DNA of 64,000 nt from Octopus sinensis (taxonomy: Eukaryota): positions 1,674,001 through 1,738,000 of the forward strand of contig NC_043021.1 in NCBI RefSeq assembly GCF_006345805.1, given 5' to 3'. The position numbers and the translations under genes are program-made. The notes under the pieces were generated by a model, which searched no databases, was not told the DNA's origin, and saw only the letters and a list, made by a program, of their open reading frames with translations. Shown piece by piece: positions 1 through 12,924 of this stretch. The first letter of the stretch is position 1. Every line of letters begins with the position of its first letter.

Positions 1-689
1 GTTCAAACTGGTTGTCTTGCAGTGCTATCAGTGATAGCATGATAATCAAAGCAGTTTACCATTTCCAGTATAGAAGAGATACACTGTATCCGATACCAAG
101 AGATTATGATGGCTACTGGAATAAATACAAGAGCTACAGTCACAACAGAGGCCACACATTATAACTGTGGAAAATGTCATCACATCATAACAATTCTAAA
201 ATTAAACAATCACATCAAAATCTCTAAACTACAACATAATGAATGATAAATTCGAAACAATATAAACAAACTCTATATTTGAGAAGTAATCTGAATACCG
301 AAAGGCTAAAAGTAAAAATAGGTATAAAGATTATTCTTAAGGAGATACATACGCAAACCAACTTTTCCCTGCTGTTTAAGGATCAAACATATATGCCCCA
401 CTTGGTCTAGGTTGGCTAACTTCTAGTGAGGCCAGGGGCTGCACCCAGCTCCATTGTTCTATTCTGGCATGGTTTCTATGGCTGGATGCCCTTCTTAAAC
501 CCATATATACCCCTTGTTGCATTTCCGCAGTGTAAAACCTGTTCCTACTTGTTTGGACATGGACTCACCTGGAAGTATCTGACTGAGCATACGAAATGGT
601 CAGTAGGTAGTGGACACCCGTAGCTAACAGTTGCATACTGTCCTTCTCTTCCAGATTGTGAAAGCTTACCAGAACGTTTAATCTAAATA

Positions 690-1150
690 CAGTAAAATTC
701 TTCAGTTCTATATTTAAGAGATGAGGAATTATGTACATTATTTACATTCGGCTGATATACCCTCCACCCTTCATCAGGTGACTTGAGGAAATTTCAAACC
801 TGGGTTCTCATTTTTCAATGTTGTTATTATTATTATTATTCAGGTCACTACCTGGAATCAAACTTGGAATCTTGGGGTTAGTAGCCCGCGCACTTAACCA
901 GCATATGCCGTAGTGTAGTGCCCGTGGGCATATGGCGTAGTGGTTAAGAGCACGGGCTACTAACCCCAAGATTCTGAGTTTGATTCCAAGTAGCGACCTG
1001 AATAATAATAATAATAACAACAACATCGAAAAATGAGAACCCAGATTCAAAATTTCCCCAAGACACCTGAAGAAGGTTGGAGGGTATATCAGCCGAAATG
1101 TTGTGTTAACAACAAACAAGATGAGGACAAATATCCATCAAATGTAAATA
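690..1150. mobile_element. Palindromic head-to-head pair of a tRNA-headed SINE with (TAA)n and hammerhead-bearing tail
   Basis: ~750-905 is the reverse complement of ~935-1150 around a centre near 920. Each arm has a tRNA-like head (GGCGTAGTGGTTAAGAGC...GAGTTTGATTCC), a TAA run and a CTGAWGA...CAGCCGAA tail. Confidence 0.7.
1062..1107 (+). ncRNA. Minimal hammerhead motif in the 3' tail of a tRNA-headed SINE
   Basis: GACAC-CUGAAGA-A-GGUUG..CAGCC-GAA-AUGU-U^GUGUU. Helix III has no loop and could only form in a dimer. Confidence 0.55.
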
Positions 1151-1755
1151 AAGAAAAAAATTTTATGGGCATATATGAGTTAACACCAAATATGTCATCA
1201 TCATCATTGTCATTATTTAACCCTTTCGTTACCAACCTGGCTGAAACCAGCTCTGATTCTGTAGCACAAATGTCTTGTTTTCATAAGTTTTGAATTAAAA
1301 TCTTCCACCAAACCTTAGTCACAATTTATGTCCCTAACACTAGCTGAATGATAACTAAGTTATTTTACTAAATTCTTTCTTATATTTAAAATTAATTGTA
1401 AAAAAAAAAACAGAGCATCTCAACAGAAATATGGTAACGAAAGGGTTAATGTCCGTTTTCCATGCTGGCATGGATTGGACAGTTTGACAGTAGCTGGCAA
1501 GGCTGGAGGGCTGTACTAGGGTCCACTTATCTGTTTTGGCATGCTTTCTACAGTTGGATGCCCTTCCTAATGCCAACCACAATGTACAGGGTACTTTTTT
1601 CATGCCACCAGCCCTTATTCTTATTGTTTCCTGGGTCGTTCTATTTTTTAACATTTTAATTTTTTTGTGCATTTGTGTGGGGGGGGGTTCTTTTTTTTTT
1701 TGTTTAACACTTTTTCATACCTTTTTTTTTTTCTCTCCCTCTTTGTGTTTTATAG

Positions 1756-1928
1756 ATTGGAGCTTCAGTACTGGGTTCGTCAACGAGACCATGATCAAGG
1801 ACCACCTACCAGCCCCAGCTGAGGACGTCCTCATTCTGATGTGCGGCCCACCTCCCATGATAAACTCCGCCTGTCTGCCACACCTCGACAAACTCGGATA
1901 CAAACCTACCCAACGTTTCTCTTTCTAA
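1756..1928 (+). CDS. CYB5R3: NADH-cytochrome b5 reductase, terminal coding exon (earlier exons upstream of the window)
   Basis: Polypyrimidine tract + TAG acceptor at 1754-1755, phase 1. Translation (D)[56 protein letters not shown] carries the GFVNE..I.DHLP and [12 protein letters not shown]-binding motifs of the CYB5R family. TAA at 1926-1928. The paralogue label (CYB5R3-like) is from recall. Confidence 0.93.
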
Positions 1929-1933
1929 AACAA

Positions 1934-1980
1934 AATAAATACATTTATTTTATTATTATTTTTTTTTTGTAAGAAATAAA
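1934..1980 (+). terminator. Candidate polyadenylation signals of the CYB5R transcript
   Basis: AATAAA at 1934-1939 and 1975-1980, just downstream of the stop codon. Confidence 0.4.
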
Positions 1981-3234
1981 TTAAATTCCACAACAGATGA
2001 GGAACAAACAAAAAAAAAACAAAAAAAAAAGTGGGGGGGTGTTGTGGGGGGGGGTGGAGATGTGATGAAAGTATGTTGCTTATGTAGAGATGTTTGGGAG
2101 GAGAGGAAGAAGAGAGGGGAAGGGCACTTGTAACTGGTTCTAGACTTTCTCCTCTGAGTTTCTTAATTAAGTTTACATCACAAAACAAAGTTTTGTTGCT
2201 TTTTTTTTCTAATTTTTATTTCCACTTTTTTTTTGTCGCTTTAAAAAAAAATGTTTTTTTATTTTTTGTACATCTTCAGTTTATTGTCATAAAGTTACGT
2301 GAGTTGAAGGCTTGCATCCTTTGTTGTTTTCTTTTCAATGTTTTCTTTTTTTTCGCTATTATACATATTAGTATAATATAGCTGTTAGTAAGGCTATAAT
2401 TACAATTCGTATTGCTATAATTGTAATTAGTACAGTTACAATTATAATTAGCGTAGCTATTACTATAATTATCATATAATAGTTAGTATACATATTATTG
2501 TAAATTAGTATTACTAACCACTTTGAGTTAATAATAGTTTAGTTTTTTTTATGCATTTCAGGCCCAATTGTGGCCATGCTGGGACTTTTTCATTGTCATG
2601 ACAAAGCACAGGGTTAAGGGGAATATGGGGTGTGGTATTATCGTGCAGCAAGCTGACAGAATCGTTAGCACACCGGGCGAAATGCTAAGCGGTATTTCGT
2701 CTGCCGCTACGTTCCAAGTTCAAATTCCGCCGAGGTTAACTTTGCCTTTCATCCTTTCGGGGTCGATTAAATAAGTACCAGTTACACACTGGGGTCGATG
2801 TAATCGACTTAATCCGTTTGTCTGTCCTTGTTTGTCCACTCTGTTTAGCCCCTTGTGGGTAGTAAAGAAATAGGTATTATCGTGTGGTGGGTGTAGGGGT
2901 TTTTTTTGGGGGGGGTGGTGAAAGAGAGAGTAGGTCTGTTACCAGTTGAACCCCCCCACACACACACACACAAAAAGACCCTTTCATGTTGTTGGGCTTT
3001 TGGATGTAGTAACACATTCGACAGTGTTATTTAAGGTTGGACCCTAAATAGTTAGAATGACATAAAACTATTTCCCCCAAAGATGATGATGGTGACGGCG
3101 CAGCGGTGGTGGGTCTGCAAAATTCATGAGGAAAACGAGTTATGACACAACACGTTAGGGGTCATAAAAGAAAATTTTCTCCCCTGTGCAAACAAACACA
3201 CAAATAATAATAATAATAATAATGATAATAAAAT

Positions 3235-3570
3235 GTGGGGAAGCATCATAGTGATGTGCTGAGAGGAATTCTTTGGGGTTTGAATAATTCACCTCTGGAA
3301 ACATGGGTGCTTCATTCAACATCCTTAAACAACCCTTATTCAGGGACCTTTTGAGCGGGATGGGCTACTCGATCAGAAGAAAATTCTAACTGGGCCCTAC
3401 CTGCAAGGTCATGTGCTGTTTATCTTGATATTAGATCACCATGTGCACGACATGTTGTGATGCATGTGCCTGGTGTACCCTTATCAGACGGGTAGTCATG
3501 GTGGGTATACTGGGCTTCATATATTTTACCCCAGGGTCACTTTGATGGCATGCACTGCTCTCTCACTCAA
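3235..3570 (-). mobile_element. (TAA)n-associated interspersed repeat
   Basis: Flanked by TAA runs; partial copy in the opposite orientation at 15493-15615. Confidence 0.55.
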
Positions 3571-4167
3571 TAATAATAATAATAAATCGTGGGATAAATC
3601 ATTGGTTGTCCCACAATGGAAAAACAAAAAGATTTGTTTTGTTTTTTTACCATTTCCTAGGGTTGCCTTCTGCAGGAAGACTAAGTGTTGGTTAGTGTAA
3701 TTAATATAGCGAGACAGTATTTTTTTTAATCAAATTAAATTCTAACACCTGTAATGGGAAGAAAATTAAACTGCCAATGTTTATGAAAGTTCATCTCATG
3801 ACTGGAAATAATTTCCTTATAATAATTATTTTCGATTCATTATATTAATCAGAGTAATTAGCGTCCACTTAACAACCGGTGTTGTTTGGGGGAGAAATGC
3901 TGAAACTAGCAGTTATCTCCCCTTATCTCAGACTAGAAAACAGCTGGCTGGCTGGTTGGTTGGTGGGTTGCCGTACAGTTTAAGATCCAACCGTGATTTG
4001 TTTTCCCTCACAAACAATAGAAGCTGTCCCTCCATCTACACACACACACACACACACAGTTTTACCATGCATCGTAATGTGATACATCTGGCCCCATCAT
4101 CTGTTTTCTGGAGTCGTTACTAATTTCAGGTCCTTTATCAATCAGATGACCCAATCAAGTTCCTGGT

Positions 4168-4199
<32 letters not shown>

Positions 4200-4229
4200 G
4201 GGCACAGTCAGCTCAGAGTTATTTCCCTC

Positions 4230-4755
4230 TGATTGACGGAACGTTAAAAATACACATTCACTTTATTCACAAGATTGATATAACAATCTCCAAAAAAATA
4301 TCACTGAAGTTGTTTATAATTTTGTCTAATACCCTAAGACATTTGGCTGACTGCAGTTCATTGCATATTAATAATAATATAATGAAATTATTGTATACAG
4401 TGCTCAGGTGCACCACAACTTGTCAGAAAGTGCATATAAAGTACATGCAGTAATGTAGAAATGTCTGGAAAGCGAACAATGTATGAGTCAGATACATGCT
4501 TGTGTGTGTATGGAGGGGAGAAAATCAAGTGTAGTGTTGGCGAATCTCAGGAAGCATGGAAGTCTTGAAGGATGCAGTGCTCCGACAACTAACAACCGAT
4601 GCCGGCAGTTTGTTCCATGCTTCAGCAACTCTCAGCGTGAAAAAATGTTTCCTGAAGTCATGGGAGCTGTGCTGTTTTCTGACTTTGTAAATATGTCCAC
4701 GGGTGTTAGATGGGTGGAGTTTGAAGAGGTGCTCAGAGTTATTGTTTGTGCGAGT
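4230..4755 (-). mobile_element. CR1-type LINE 3' end
   Basis: Minus frame 4752-4525: EHLFKLHPSNTRGHIYKVRKQHSSHDFRKHFFTLRVAEAWNKLPASVV...* (TRGH / FF..RV...WN.LP motifs). Confidence 0.8.
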
Positions 4756-6055
4756 TATTGTTATTGTTTGTATTCAAAACTGGTATTAAAGAACTGGTAT
4801 TAGTAATTAAGAACAGAGGTTTATATATCCAGTTTTATTCTGCAGTTAATCATATCTTTCCATTTCTATACTTGCATGTTTCTGCTGCAACTCAGTGCAC
4901 ACTGCAGAATTTTGCATTTTGGTGTTAGCCAGTATTATTAACTGGTAAAAGTGAGTACAGTACCTGCTAAGATTATATATGTATGTATATATATATAATA
5001 TTTTTGGCCTTATGGGTATATATATGTTGGTTAGTGTGTTGAAGCATTGGGTAGGTCACTGGCACAGTTTGGGTTACCTGGTGCCATCCACAGTCAGGAT
5101 ATATCTCCGTTGGATCTACTTCGGGAATTCCACTGTGTTAGTTGAGATAATAATAATAATAATAATTTAAGTAACAAGAAGATGGATTAGGGATTAATCC
5201 TCCTTTTTATCTCTTCACAAAATAAAGATTAATACTAAATCCATCTTCCCGTTAATTAAATTATTACTATTATAATATAAAGGCAAGGAGCTGGCAGAAA
5301 CGTTAGCACACTGGGTGAAATGCTAAGCAGTATTTCGTCTGCCTTTATGCTAAGTTCAAATCCTGCCAAGGTCAGCTTTGCCTTTTATCCTTTCAGGGTC
5401 GATAAATTAAGTACCAGTTGCATACTGGGGTTCATCTAATCAACTGCCCCCCACCTCCCCAAAAATTTCGGGCCTTCTGCCTAGAGTAGAAAAGATTATT
5501 ATTATCATTATATATATATATATATGTAATAAATATATACACACAGAGACACACCACTTTCTCACACACACATGCATGTATATACATATATGTATATATA
5601 TATTTATATACAAGCATTTTAAAATGTTTGTGTGTCGTTATATATTTATTATATATACAATTTGCTGGGTTCACCTCTCATTATTATTATTATTATTATT
5701 ACTATATATAACATAAAACTTCTTTACTTTTTTGAATAACATTGTAGGGTAGGTGTGATAGGTTAGATCTGGAATGGGTTGAACAGGAAACTAGCAGAAT
5801 ATAGACATTTTAAATGCTAAATGGTTAAATCATTCTTTGGCATAATGGTTAGTAAATGCTTTGCTTTCAAATCTCCTAGAAATGACAACGGAGACTCTGT
5901 GGAATTATGGTTAAGCACAGGATTATCCCTGTAGGATTAGGTTCTGCTTGAATTCTATAATGAGGAAATCTCATGTTATGGTTCATTAATTTTTATTTTA
6001 TTTTATTTTTTTTTATTTTGGCTTAATCACATCTTCAGACAATTTTTCATGTCCT

Positions 6056-6093
<38 letters not shown>

Positions 6094-7809
6094 GCACTTT
6101 GAAAGGGATGGAGTGGGGGAGGGTTTGTTGGTGGGGCTGCATGTATTATTGCATGGAAAGGTCTATGTTGGGAATTTTGTGTGTTAGTTTTACTAGTGGT
6201 GTGCATATATATATATATATATATATAATATATATATATGTGTGTGTGTATGTATATGTGTGTGTGTATGTATATGTGTGTGTGTGTATGTATATGTGTG
6301 CATATATATGTATGTTTGTGTATGTATATGTGTGTGCATATATATGTATGTATATGTGTGTGCATATATATGTATATTTATGTATGTATGTATATATTAT
6401 GTGTATGTATGCATATATGTATATTTATGTATGTATATATATATTATGTGTATGTATGCATATATATATATTTATGTGTGTGTATATATGCATTATATAT
6501 GTGTGTGTATGTATACACACACACACACTAATTTATGTATTGTACAGTATAACCTGAAAAATAATCAGAAATCCATCCCCACCCCTTTATAATCCCTACT
6601 TAATGTTTTCTCACACACCTCCCCCTGTTTTGTTCTTTTGCAGTGGACCCCTTTTTTTTTTTTAGTCAAGAGATTTTGTGCCTTAAAATGACAAAAATTT
6701 CCTTCCTTTTAACCCTGCTTTTCTTCTTATCATTCACTTGATTATAGCTACTGACCCTGTTACTGATGTTGTTGTTATTATTATTGGTAACAGGGGGCTG
6801 GCACAATCATTAGCGCACTGGACAGAATGCTTAGCAGTATTTCGCCTGTCACTAGTTCTGAGTTCAAATTCAACCGAGGTCGACTTTGCCTTTCATCCTT
6901 TCAGGGTCGATAAACTAAGTACCAGTTGAGTACTGGGGTCAACGTAATCGACTAGCCCCCCCCCCTCCCCACCCCCAATTTCAGGCCTTGTGCCTTTAGT
7001 AGAAATTATTATTATTGTTATTATTATTGGTAACTAGGTGCTGGCAGAATCGTTAGCACACAGAGCAAAGTGCTGCAAAGCATTTCGTCTGATTTTTACA
7101 TTTTGAGTTCAAATTCCACCAAGGTCGATTTTTGTCTTTATTTCCTTTTGGTGGGGTTTGATAAAATAGTGTACCAGTTAAATACTGGGGTTCATGGTGT
7201 CAAACTACCTCTAGGGAAAAGAAAGAGAGGAATGTGAGATGAGACTAAATATCATAAATAGTATACAAAATGCATACATTTGGATGATGCAGTCCTCCAG
7301 ATACAGGGGAGCCTCCAACTAGGGGCCAATCAAGAAACCCCTATAGATTGGGTATCACTCTGACTACCAAGGGCACAGGCCCTTATACAGCTGTTGTTCT
7401 TTGATCTACAAGCTCAACCACAAGGGCCTGAAAGCATGCATTGAACATTCGTTAGGGACCTTAACATAAACACATTTGGGTTGAGACAGATTCTAGAAAG
7501 ACAAGGGCACAGGGGCTAAAAGGTGGCTGAACATGGTAGTAATAATAATAATCCCTAACTTATAGGTACAGGGCCTAGTATTTTGGGTGTGGTGGAGGGG
7601 TGAAGTTAATGAAATAAACTTTTCCTCCCTAACTTCACTGGTTTTTTTATATTTCATCACATCGCCCCTGGACAGATGAAAGGGACAAGGTTAAACTTTG
7701 GACGTAGCAAGGCATTTCTGCTCCCGCAGAAATTTTTGTGCAATAATAATAATAATAATAATAGAGATGATGACGATGACGATGATTACAAATACTCAAT
7801 CTGCTTACG

Positions 7810-7847
<38 letters not shown>

Positions 7848-8249
7848 GTTATTTCCGTTATTCTCTTTTGTAACATACAAACAACCACTCCTTAACCAAG
7901 CTTATTTGAAAAATGTGTTTTTAGGCAAAAACAAAGAAGTTTCACTTAATGTCCCTTGCTTTTTTTTCTTTTCTTTCTTTTTTTTTTTGCTCAAATATTT
8001 TATAACAAAAATAATTATTTTATAAATGCTAAATGCTTCACTTTAAAAACTAAATAAAGATTCACAATTTGAAAGGGTTTGTTTGTTTTTTTTAAATTTT
8101 CTTTTTTTTTTGTTGTGGGGTGGGGATCGGGATAGAACCCTTCAACAGTATTTCTTTCAGCTCTTAACATTCTGAGTTCACGTCTGGCTCAAGTGAAATT
8201 TGCCTTTTGATTTTTAGGGTTCATAGAATAAATGACAAGTGAAGTACTT

Positions 8250-8512
8250 GTGTAGCTACGGGGTGGGGGCTATGGGGTGCTCAGCCCCCCCCCCCCCCCC
8301 CCAGTTAGAATCTCAGCCCCTCCACCCCAGTTTTATCCACTTTTTAAAAAATCGCCACATTTCTCATAAGCAATATCTGAGGTCGCTAAAGATGCAATAA
8401 ATTGAATTTCTTTTGATTTAGTAGTTTGTGATATGAAAATGTGGGTAAATTAGAGCTGGTGTTTGTTGTAGCTGTAATTTGGGAGAACATCGCTTTTTTT
8501 AAAAAGGGTGAA
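8250..8512 (+). mobile_element. Probable hAT-like 5' end fragment, copy 1
   Basis: Near-identical to 9720-9962; both copies end at ...GAACATCGC. Confidence 0.45.
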
Positions 8513-9389
8513 AGAAAAGATAATGCTCCATATCGTAAGGCAAAAATTTCATGTGTTTAGTATAAGCAAAGGAAGCTAAAATGAAATAATTACTATTCCA
8601 TCATGCATTCGCCCTTGACTCATGCTCAGTTTGATAACAGCCTGAGCATCGATGTTTATCTGGGGACTTGGCCTCCAGATCTGTCAGACCCACAAATGCC
8701 GCTGTTAGGACCGGATTAACACCCATAGTAACCCCAACGACTAAAATGATTTTCTTGCCTGTATATAGGATCTTTTTACGTTTTCTTCCAACCACTTGAA
8801 GGTTTATTTTGCTCCAGTCCACTCAGCTGGCGAAAATGAGTTGTACTTGTAATTCAAAGAGGCCAGCCTTGTCATATTCTGTGTGAGGCTGAATCTCCCT
8901 GAGAACTACGTTAATGGTATGCATGTCTGTGGAGTACTCAGCCACTTGCGAGTTAATTTTATCCTCGTGTGGTAATGAAAAGTGAAAGTGACATCCAATA
9001 TTTGCTGTAGTTGTCTTTGATTTAACGATGCGTTTATGTATCTATATATCAACTTTTCTTTCGATCTATGTATCTACTTTTCTTGCGATGTGATAGACAT
9101 TTAACAAAACAAACGCCGTCACGATTCACTCTTTCTCTCTCTCTCTCTCTTTCTCTCACTTCCTCTCTGTCCTCCTCTCTCCCGCTTTGCCACTCACTTC
9201 TTTATCGATCTCGAAAGGATGAAAAGCAAAGTCGACCTCGGCGGAATTTGAACTCAGAACGTAGCGACGTGCTAAATATTTCGTCCGACGTGCAAACGAT
9301 TCTATAAGCTCGCCACCAATAATAATAATAATAATAATTGCAATAACAATAATTTCGTTGTTTGCCAAATGGGCAAAGAATGAGAGCGG

Positions 9390-9722
9390 TTGAGAAAGGA
9401 CCGTAGCATAAATATTTGGGAGAATGTGGAAGCAGACGAAATAAAACATGATGAAATGAAAGAAATGACTGGTAGAGTGAAAGCATTATTGCAGTCAAAG
9501 CTGAATGCAAAAAAAAAAATATTATTGAAGCAATAAATGCGAGAACAGAAGCCGTAATCAGATATGATTAGATTAAAAACAACATATATAGAATTTAACA
9601 GAAAAACTAGAATGCTGTTGTCATTGTATGGAGCCCACCATCCGAAAGCTGATATCAACCGGTTGTATTTGAAGAGAGAGCAGGGTGGAAGACGCTTAAA
9701 TGTCGTGAAAGAGTGTGTACCA
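9390..9722 (+). mobile_element. Dong/R4-type reverse transcriptase thumb fragment (degenerate)
   Basis: Reads LQSKLNA...AIN...RKTRMLLSLYGAHHPKADINRLYLKREQGGRRL across frameshifts. Confidence 0.7.
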
Positions 9723-9962
9723 GGCACGTAGCTACGGAGGGGGGGGGGGCTATGGGGTGCCCAACACCCCCAGTTATAATCTCAGCCCCTCCACCCCAGT
9801 TTTATCCACTTTAAAAAAATCGCCACATTTCTCATAAGCAATATCTGAGGTCGCTAAAGATGCAATAAATTGAATTTCTTTTGATTTAGTAGTTAGTGAT
9901 ATGAAAATGTGAGTAAATTAGAGCTGGTGTTTGTTGTAGCTGTAATTTGGGCGAACATCGCC
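9720..9962 (+). mobile_element. Probable hAT-like 5' end fragment, copy 2
   Basis: Starts CAGGCACGTAGCTACGG; near-identical to 8250-8512. Confidence 0.45.
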
Positions 9963-9964
9963 TC

Positions 9965-10196
9965 CAGTGTTTAACTGGTACTTAATTTATCGACCCCGAA
10001 AGGATGAAAAGCAAAGTCGACCCCGAAAGGATGAAAGGCAAAGTCGACCCCGAAAGGATGAAAGGCAAAGTCGACCCCGAAAGGATGAAAGGCAAAGTCG
10101 ACCCCGGCGGAATTTGAACTTAGAACGTGGCGACGGCCCAAAGCACTGCTAAGCATTTCGTCCAGCATGCTAACCATTCTGCCAGCTCGCCGCCTA
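9965..10196 (-). mobile_element. SINE family A copy with four internal 27-bp tandem units
   Basis: CGACCCCGAAAGGATGAAAGGCAAAGT x4 at 9991-10098. Confidence 0.85.
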
Positions 10197-10224
10197 AATA
10201 ATAATAATAATAATAATAATAAAA

Positions 10225-10280
<56 letters not shown>

Positions 10281-10281
<1 letters not shown>

Positions 10282-10437
10282 GTTTTTAGGCATTCCCTAG
10301 TACAACACTAAGTACAAAACCAAATATATGGAACCCTAGGCATAACACCAACACGAACTTCCAACTTGTTGTCTTTCGAGGTCTCTGGGTGAGGCTTGGA
10401 GCCAACTTGTACAAATGTAAAGCAAAAGTCAAACATA
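10281..10437 (+). mobile_element. Dong/R4 3' UTR fragment in a (TAA)n tract
   Basis: Reverse complement of the 3' ends at 14278-14400 and 15210-15330. Confidence 0.65.
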
Positions 10438-10930
10438 GAATACTAATAATAACCTCGTGATTTATAACATTTAACCTGCAACCTATAAATAAATATGGTT
10501 TTACTTAATCTTTCTAATGTTGACGTCGTTCGTGAGCTTCGAGAAATTCTAACGAATGCTTTAATGCCGTCGGGAGAAGTTTCTGACATCTCATATTCTT
10601 CGTTGAAACCCATTCCCTTCTTTCCCTCCTTACTTTCTGTCTTTCGTTTCGTTTCTTTCTTTCTTTCTTTAAAATAATTCTTTCTCAATTCTGGCACAAG
10701 GTCAGCACAGTTTTTTTGAAGGGCGGGAGAAATTGTTTATATCGATATCAGTGTTCAACTAGTCTTTGCTTTGTTGATCCCGAAAGGATAAAAAGGCGTA
10801 GTTACCCTTGGCCGCATTTGAACTCCGAACGTAATGAGACGGAGAAAAGTGCCGCTAAGCATTCGGCCTGACGCGCTATCGATTCTACCAGCTCGCCGCG
10901 TTTGTAATAATAATAATAATAATAGTAGTA

Positions 10931-11243
10931 GCAAGAGCACTCAGAGAACGCAAACTTCCGCCAAGGCAACACCAACGTCCTCTCAACGATTAGCCAGAAA
11001 TGATTTTTAAAAGGAGAATATCTGAAATAAACTCGACTGATCTCACAAACGAGAATACTAAAAATGAACCCAACAGCTCTCAATAATTAAGTAAAAGAAA
11101 AAAACCGGAAAAATAATCCAGAATCCTTGTCCGGTACCGGATCGATCCCAAAATCTATTCAGTTCGTGTCAGTTACGAGGCCAAACATCCCTGAAAGTTT
11201 CATCCGAATCCTTCCAGCGGTTTTTGAGATATCTTGTCCGCTA
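10931..11243 (+). mobile_element. Dispersed non-autonomous element (Helentron/HINE-like), copy 1
   Basis: GCAAGAGCACTCAGAGAACGCAAAC...AAAGTTTCATCCGAATCC...GAGATATCTTGTC; second copy at 22614-22925. Class assignment is from recall. Confidence 0.5.
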
Positions 11244-11254
11244 AGACTGAAGTA

Positions 11255-11298
<44 letters not shown>

Positions 11299-11454
11299 AA
11301 TAATGATTTAAGGCGGTGAGCTGGCAGAACCGTTAGCACACCGGGCGAAATGCTTAGCTGTATTTCATCTGTCTTTACTTTCTGAGTTCAAATTCCGCCG
11401 TGGCCGACTTTGTCTTTCATCCTTTCGAGGTTCAATAAATTAAGTAACAGTTGT

Positions 11455-12115
11455 GCTCTGTCCGATTGGCTGAGGGCTGTGAGCGCTTGAAGACATTTCA
11501 CTTTCCAAATACTTCCCCTCGGTCTCTGTTTTACCCGGGACTGCAACTCCGTTAAAGAAACTAGCCGCGGAAATACGTGTCTGCTCACCGTCAAGGAAAC
11601 ACTGGAGATGTGGCCTCAGCGAATGTCTGCGCATCATCAACCACGGGGCATGCCCAAACCACCCCTACGCAGCGGGTGCTGACAGCAGATAGACTGCCTG
11701 ACCATCAGGACACGTCGCTTCCATAAGAAGCGGAAGAATATATGCTGCAGCGAAATCAGACAGTGCCCAGGACAAGGCCCGACGGTCAAGCGACAGTAGA
11801 CGACGGACGCGATATACGGCGTTAGCCACCTCTGCCCGGGGTATCTGTATCGCAGGGGGCGCCCCACTCCTCTTCATTCCCATCCGGCCCTGCAGTCGCA
11901 TGCTCGGAGTAGGATCACGCACATGGGCCAAGGGCCAACCTCGTCACGCATATTCACCCACCTTTTATCAAAAATAGTCGGGGTGGCGAAAGGCGCGGGG
12001 GCGGGGCGCAGTACTTCCCCCCACTCTCCAACCTCACTTTTCTTTCCCAAGTGGAACTTGAAAAAAAACAAATGTCGATGAAGGCTTGACTGAGTAAAGG
12101 CTAAGTGTCCCGTCT
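11455..12115 (-). mobile_element. Tx1/L1-clade LINE ORF2 fragment (degenerate, GC-rich)
   Basis: YIASVVYCRL...LQHIFFRFLWK....V..S.C..P...GGLGMP motif typical of the L1/Tx1 RT thumb. Confidence 0.65.
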
Positions 12116-12126
12116 TCAGCCTTGTT

Positions 12127-12186
<60 letters not shown>

Positions 12187-12339
12187 TCATTCTTTCTTTC
12201 TCTCTTTCTTTCTTCCTTCCTTTCTTTCTCTTCAGTCATGTCCATGAAACAACCTCTTTCGCCATAGCCGTCAGAGAGGAAAAGTGCATTGCCCTTCTCG
12301 ACAATGATGACGATGATGATGATGATGATGATGGTGATT

Positions 12340-12380
<41 letters not shown>

Positions 12381-12579
12381 AAAAAAATGTAATTTTCTTT
12401 TGTTCTTAATGACGTAATATAACCAAACTGTGCTAATAACGTGTGTATATAGGCCACGGTGAGTGTGTTTAAACAGCTATAAAACCATTGTAAATCACTC
12501 CAGCGGCCATGAGCACTGCAGAGAATCTGTTTATAAACTGAAGCGAAGGTTTTCTTTCCCTTCCTGTGCAAAGCGAATT

Positions 12580-12631
12580 ATGTTAGCGGCAGGCATATTC
12601 TTTATCGTGGCCTTAATTTTGGTTACTGCAG
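12580..12631 (+). CDS. Orphan candidate signal-peptide exon of an unidentified secreted/membrane protein
   Basis: MLAAGIFFIVALILVTA-G followed by phase-1 donor GTCAGT at 12632; TATA-like motifs at 12478 (TATAAAA) and 12532 (TATAAA). No convincing downstream exon found. Confidence 0.35.
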
Positions 12632-12924
12632 GTCAGTAAAGCATATATGCATATTTTAATCTCTGTATATGTGTGCGTGTGCGTGTATGTGTGTATGTGT
12701 GTGTGTGTTGTGTGTGTGTGTGTGTGTGGTGTGTGTGTACCTACTTATGCAATCTGTATTTTCATGCAATTTTCTGCTGTACATTTGGTGCATCTCTGTA
12801 TTCCTGAGATATGTGCACTGTTGTGTTCTTGGGGGTTCTTTCATAGGGATTTAAGAAATACAGACACCCGTTGTTAATGTACTACACCCAGAGCTACCTT
12901 AGCAGCTTTATAGGTCACCATCCA

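Noticed and set aside
660-710. Additional CUGAAGA on the minus strand, and a similar one near 48300
   Set aside because: No pairing helix II or proper GAAA-helix III-NUH arrangement, so not counted as hammerheads.
925-1000. tRNA-like cloverleaf with ACT anticodon
   Set aside because: The acceptor stem is imperfect and the sequence runs into a SINE body. It is treated as a SINE head, as are the tRNA-like heads of families A-C; no genuine tRNA gene is called.
6090-6592. The many YI/CV/HT/poly-I/poly-N ORFs in the supplied track (here and throughout the window)
   Set aside because: They are translations of (TA)n, (CA)n, (ATT)n and similar microsatellites, with no splice or homology support.
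12647-12877. Cys-containing peptide EICALLCSWGFFHRDL...C as exon 2 of the orphan signal exon
   Set aside because: The only acceptor in that frame is phase 0, while the signal exon ends in phase 1; the antistasin-like resemblance is incomplete.
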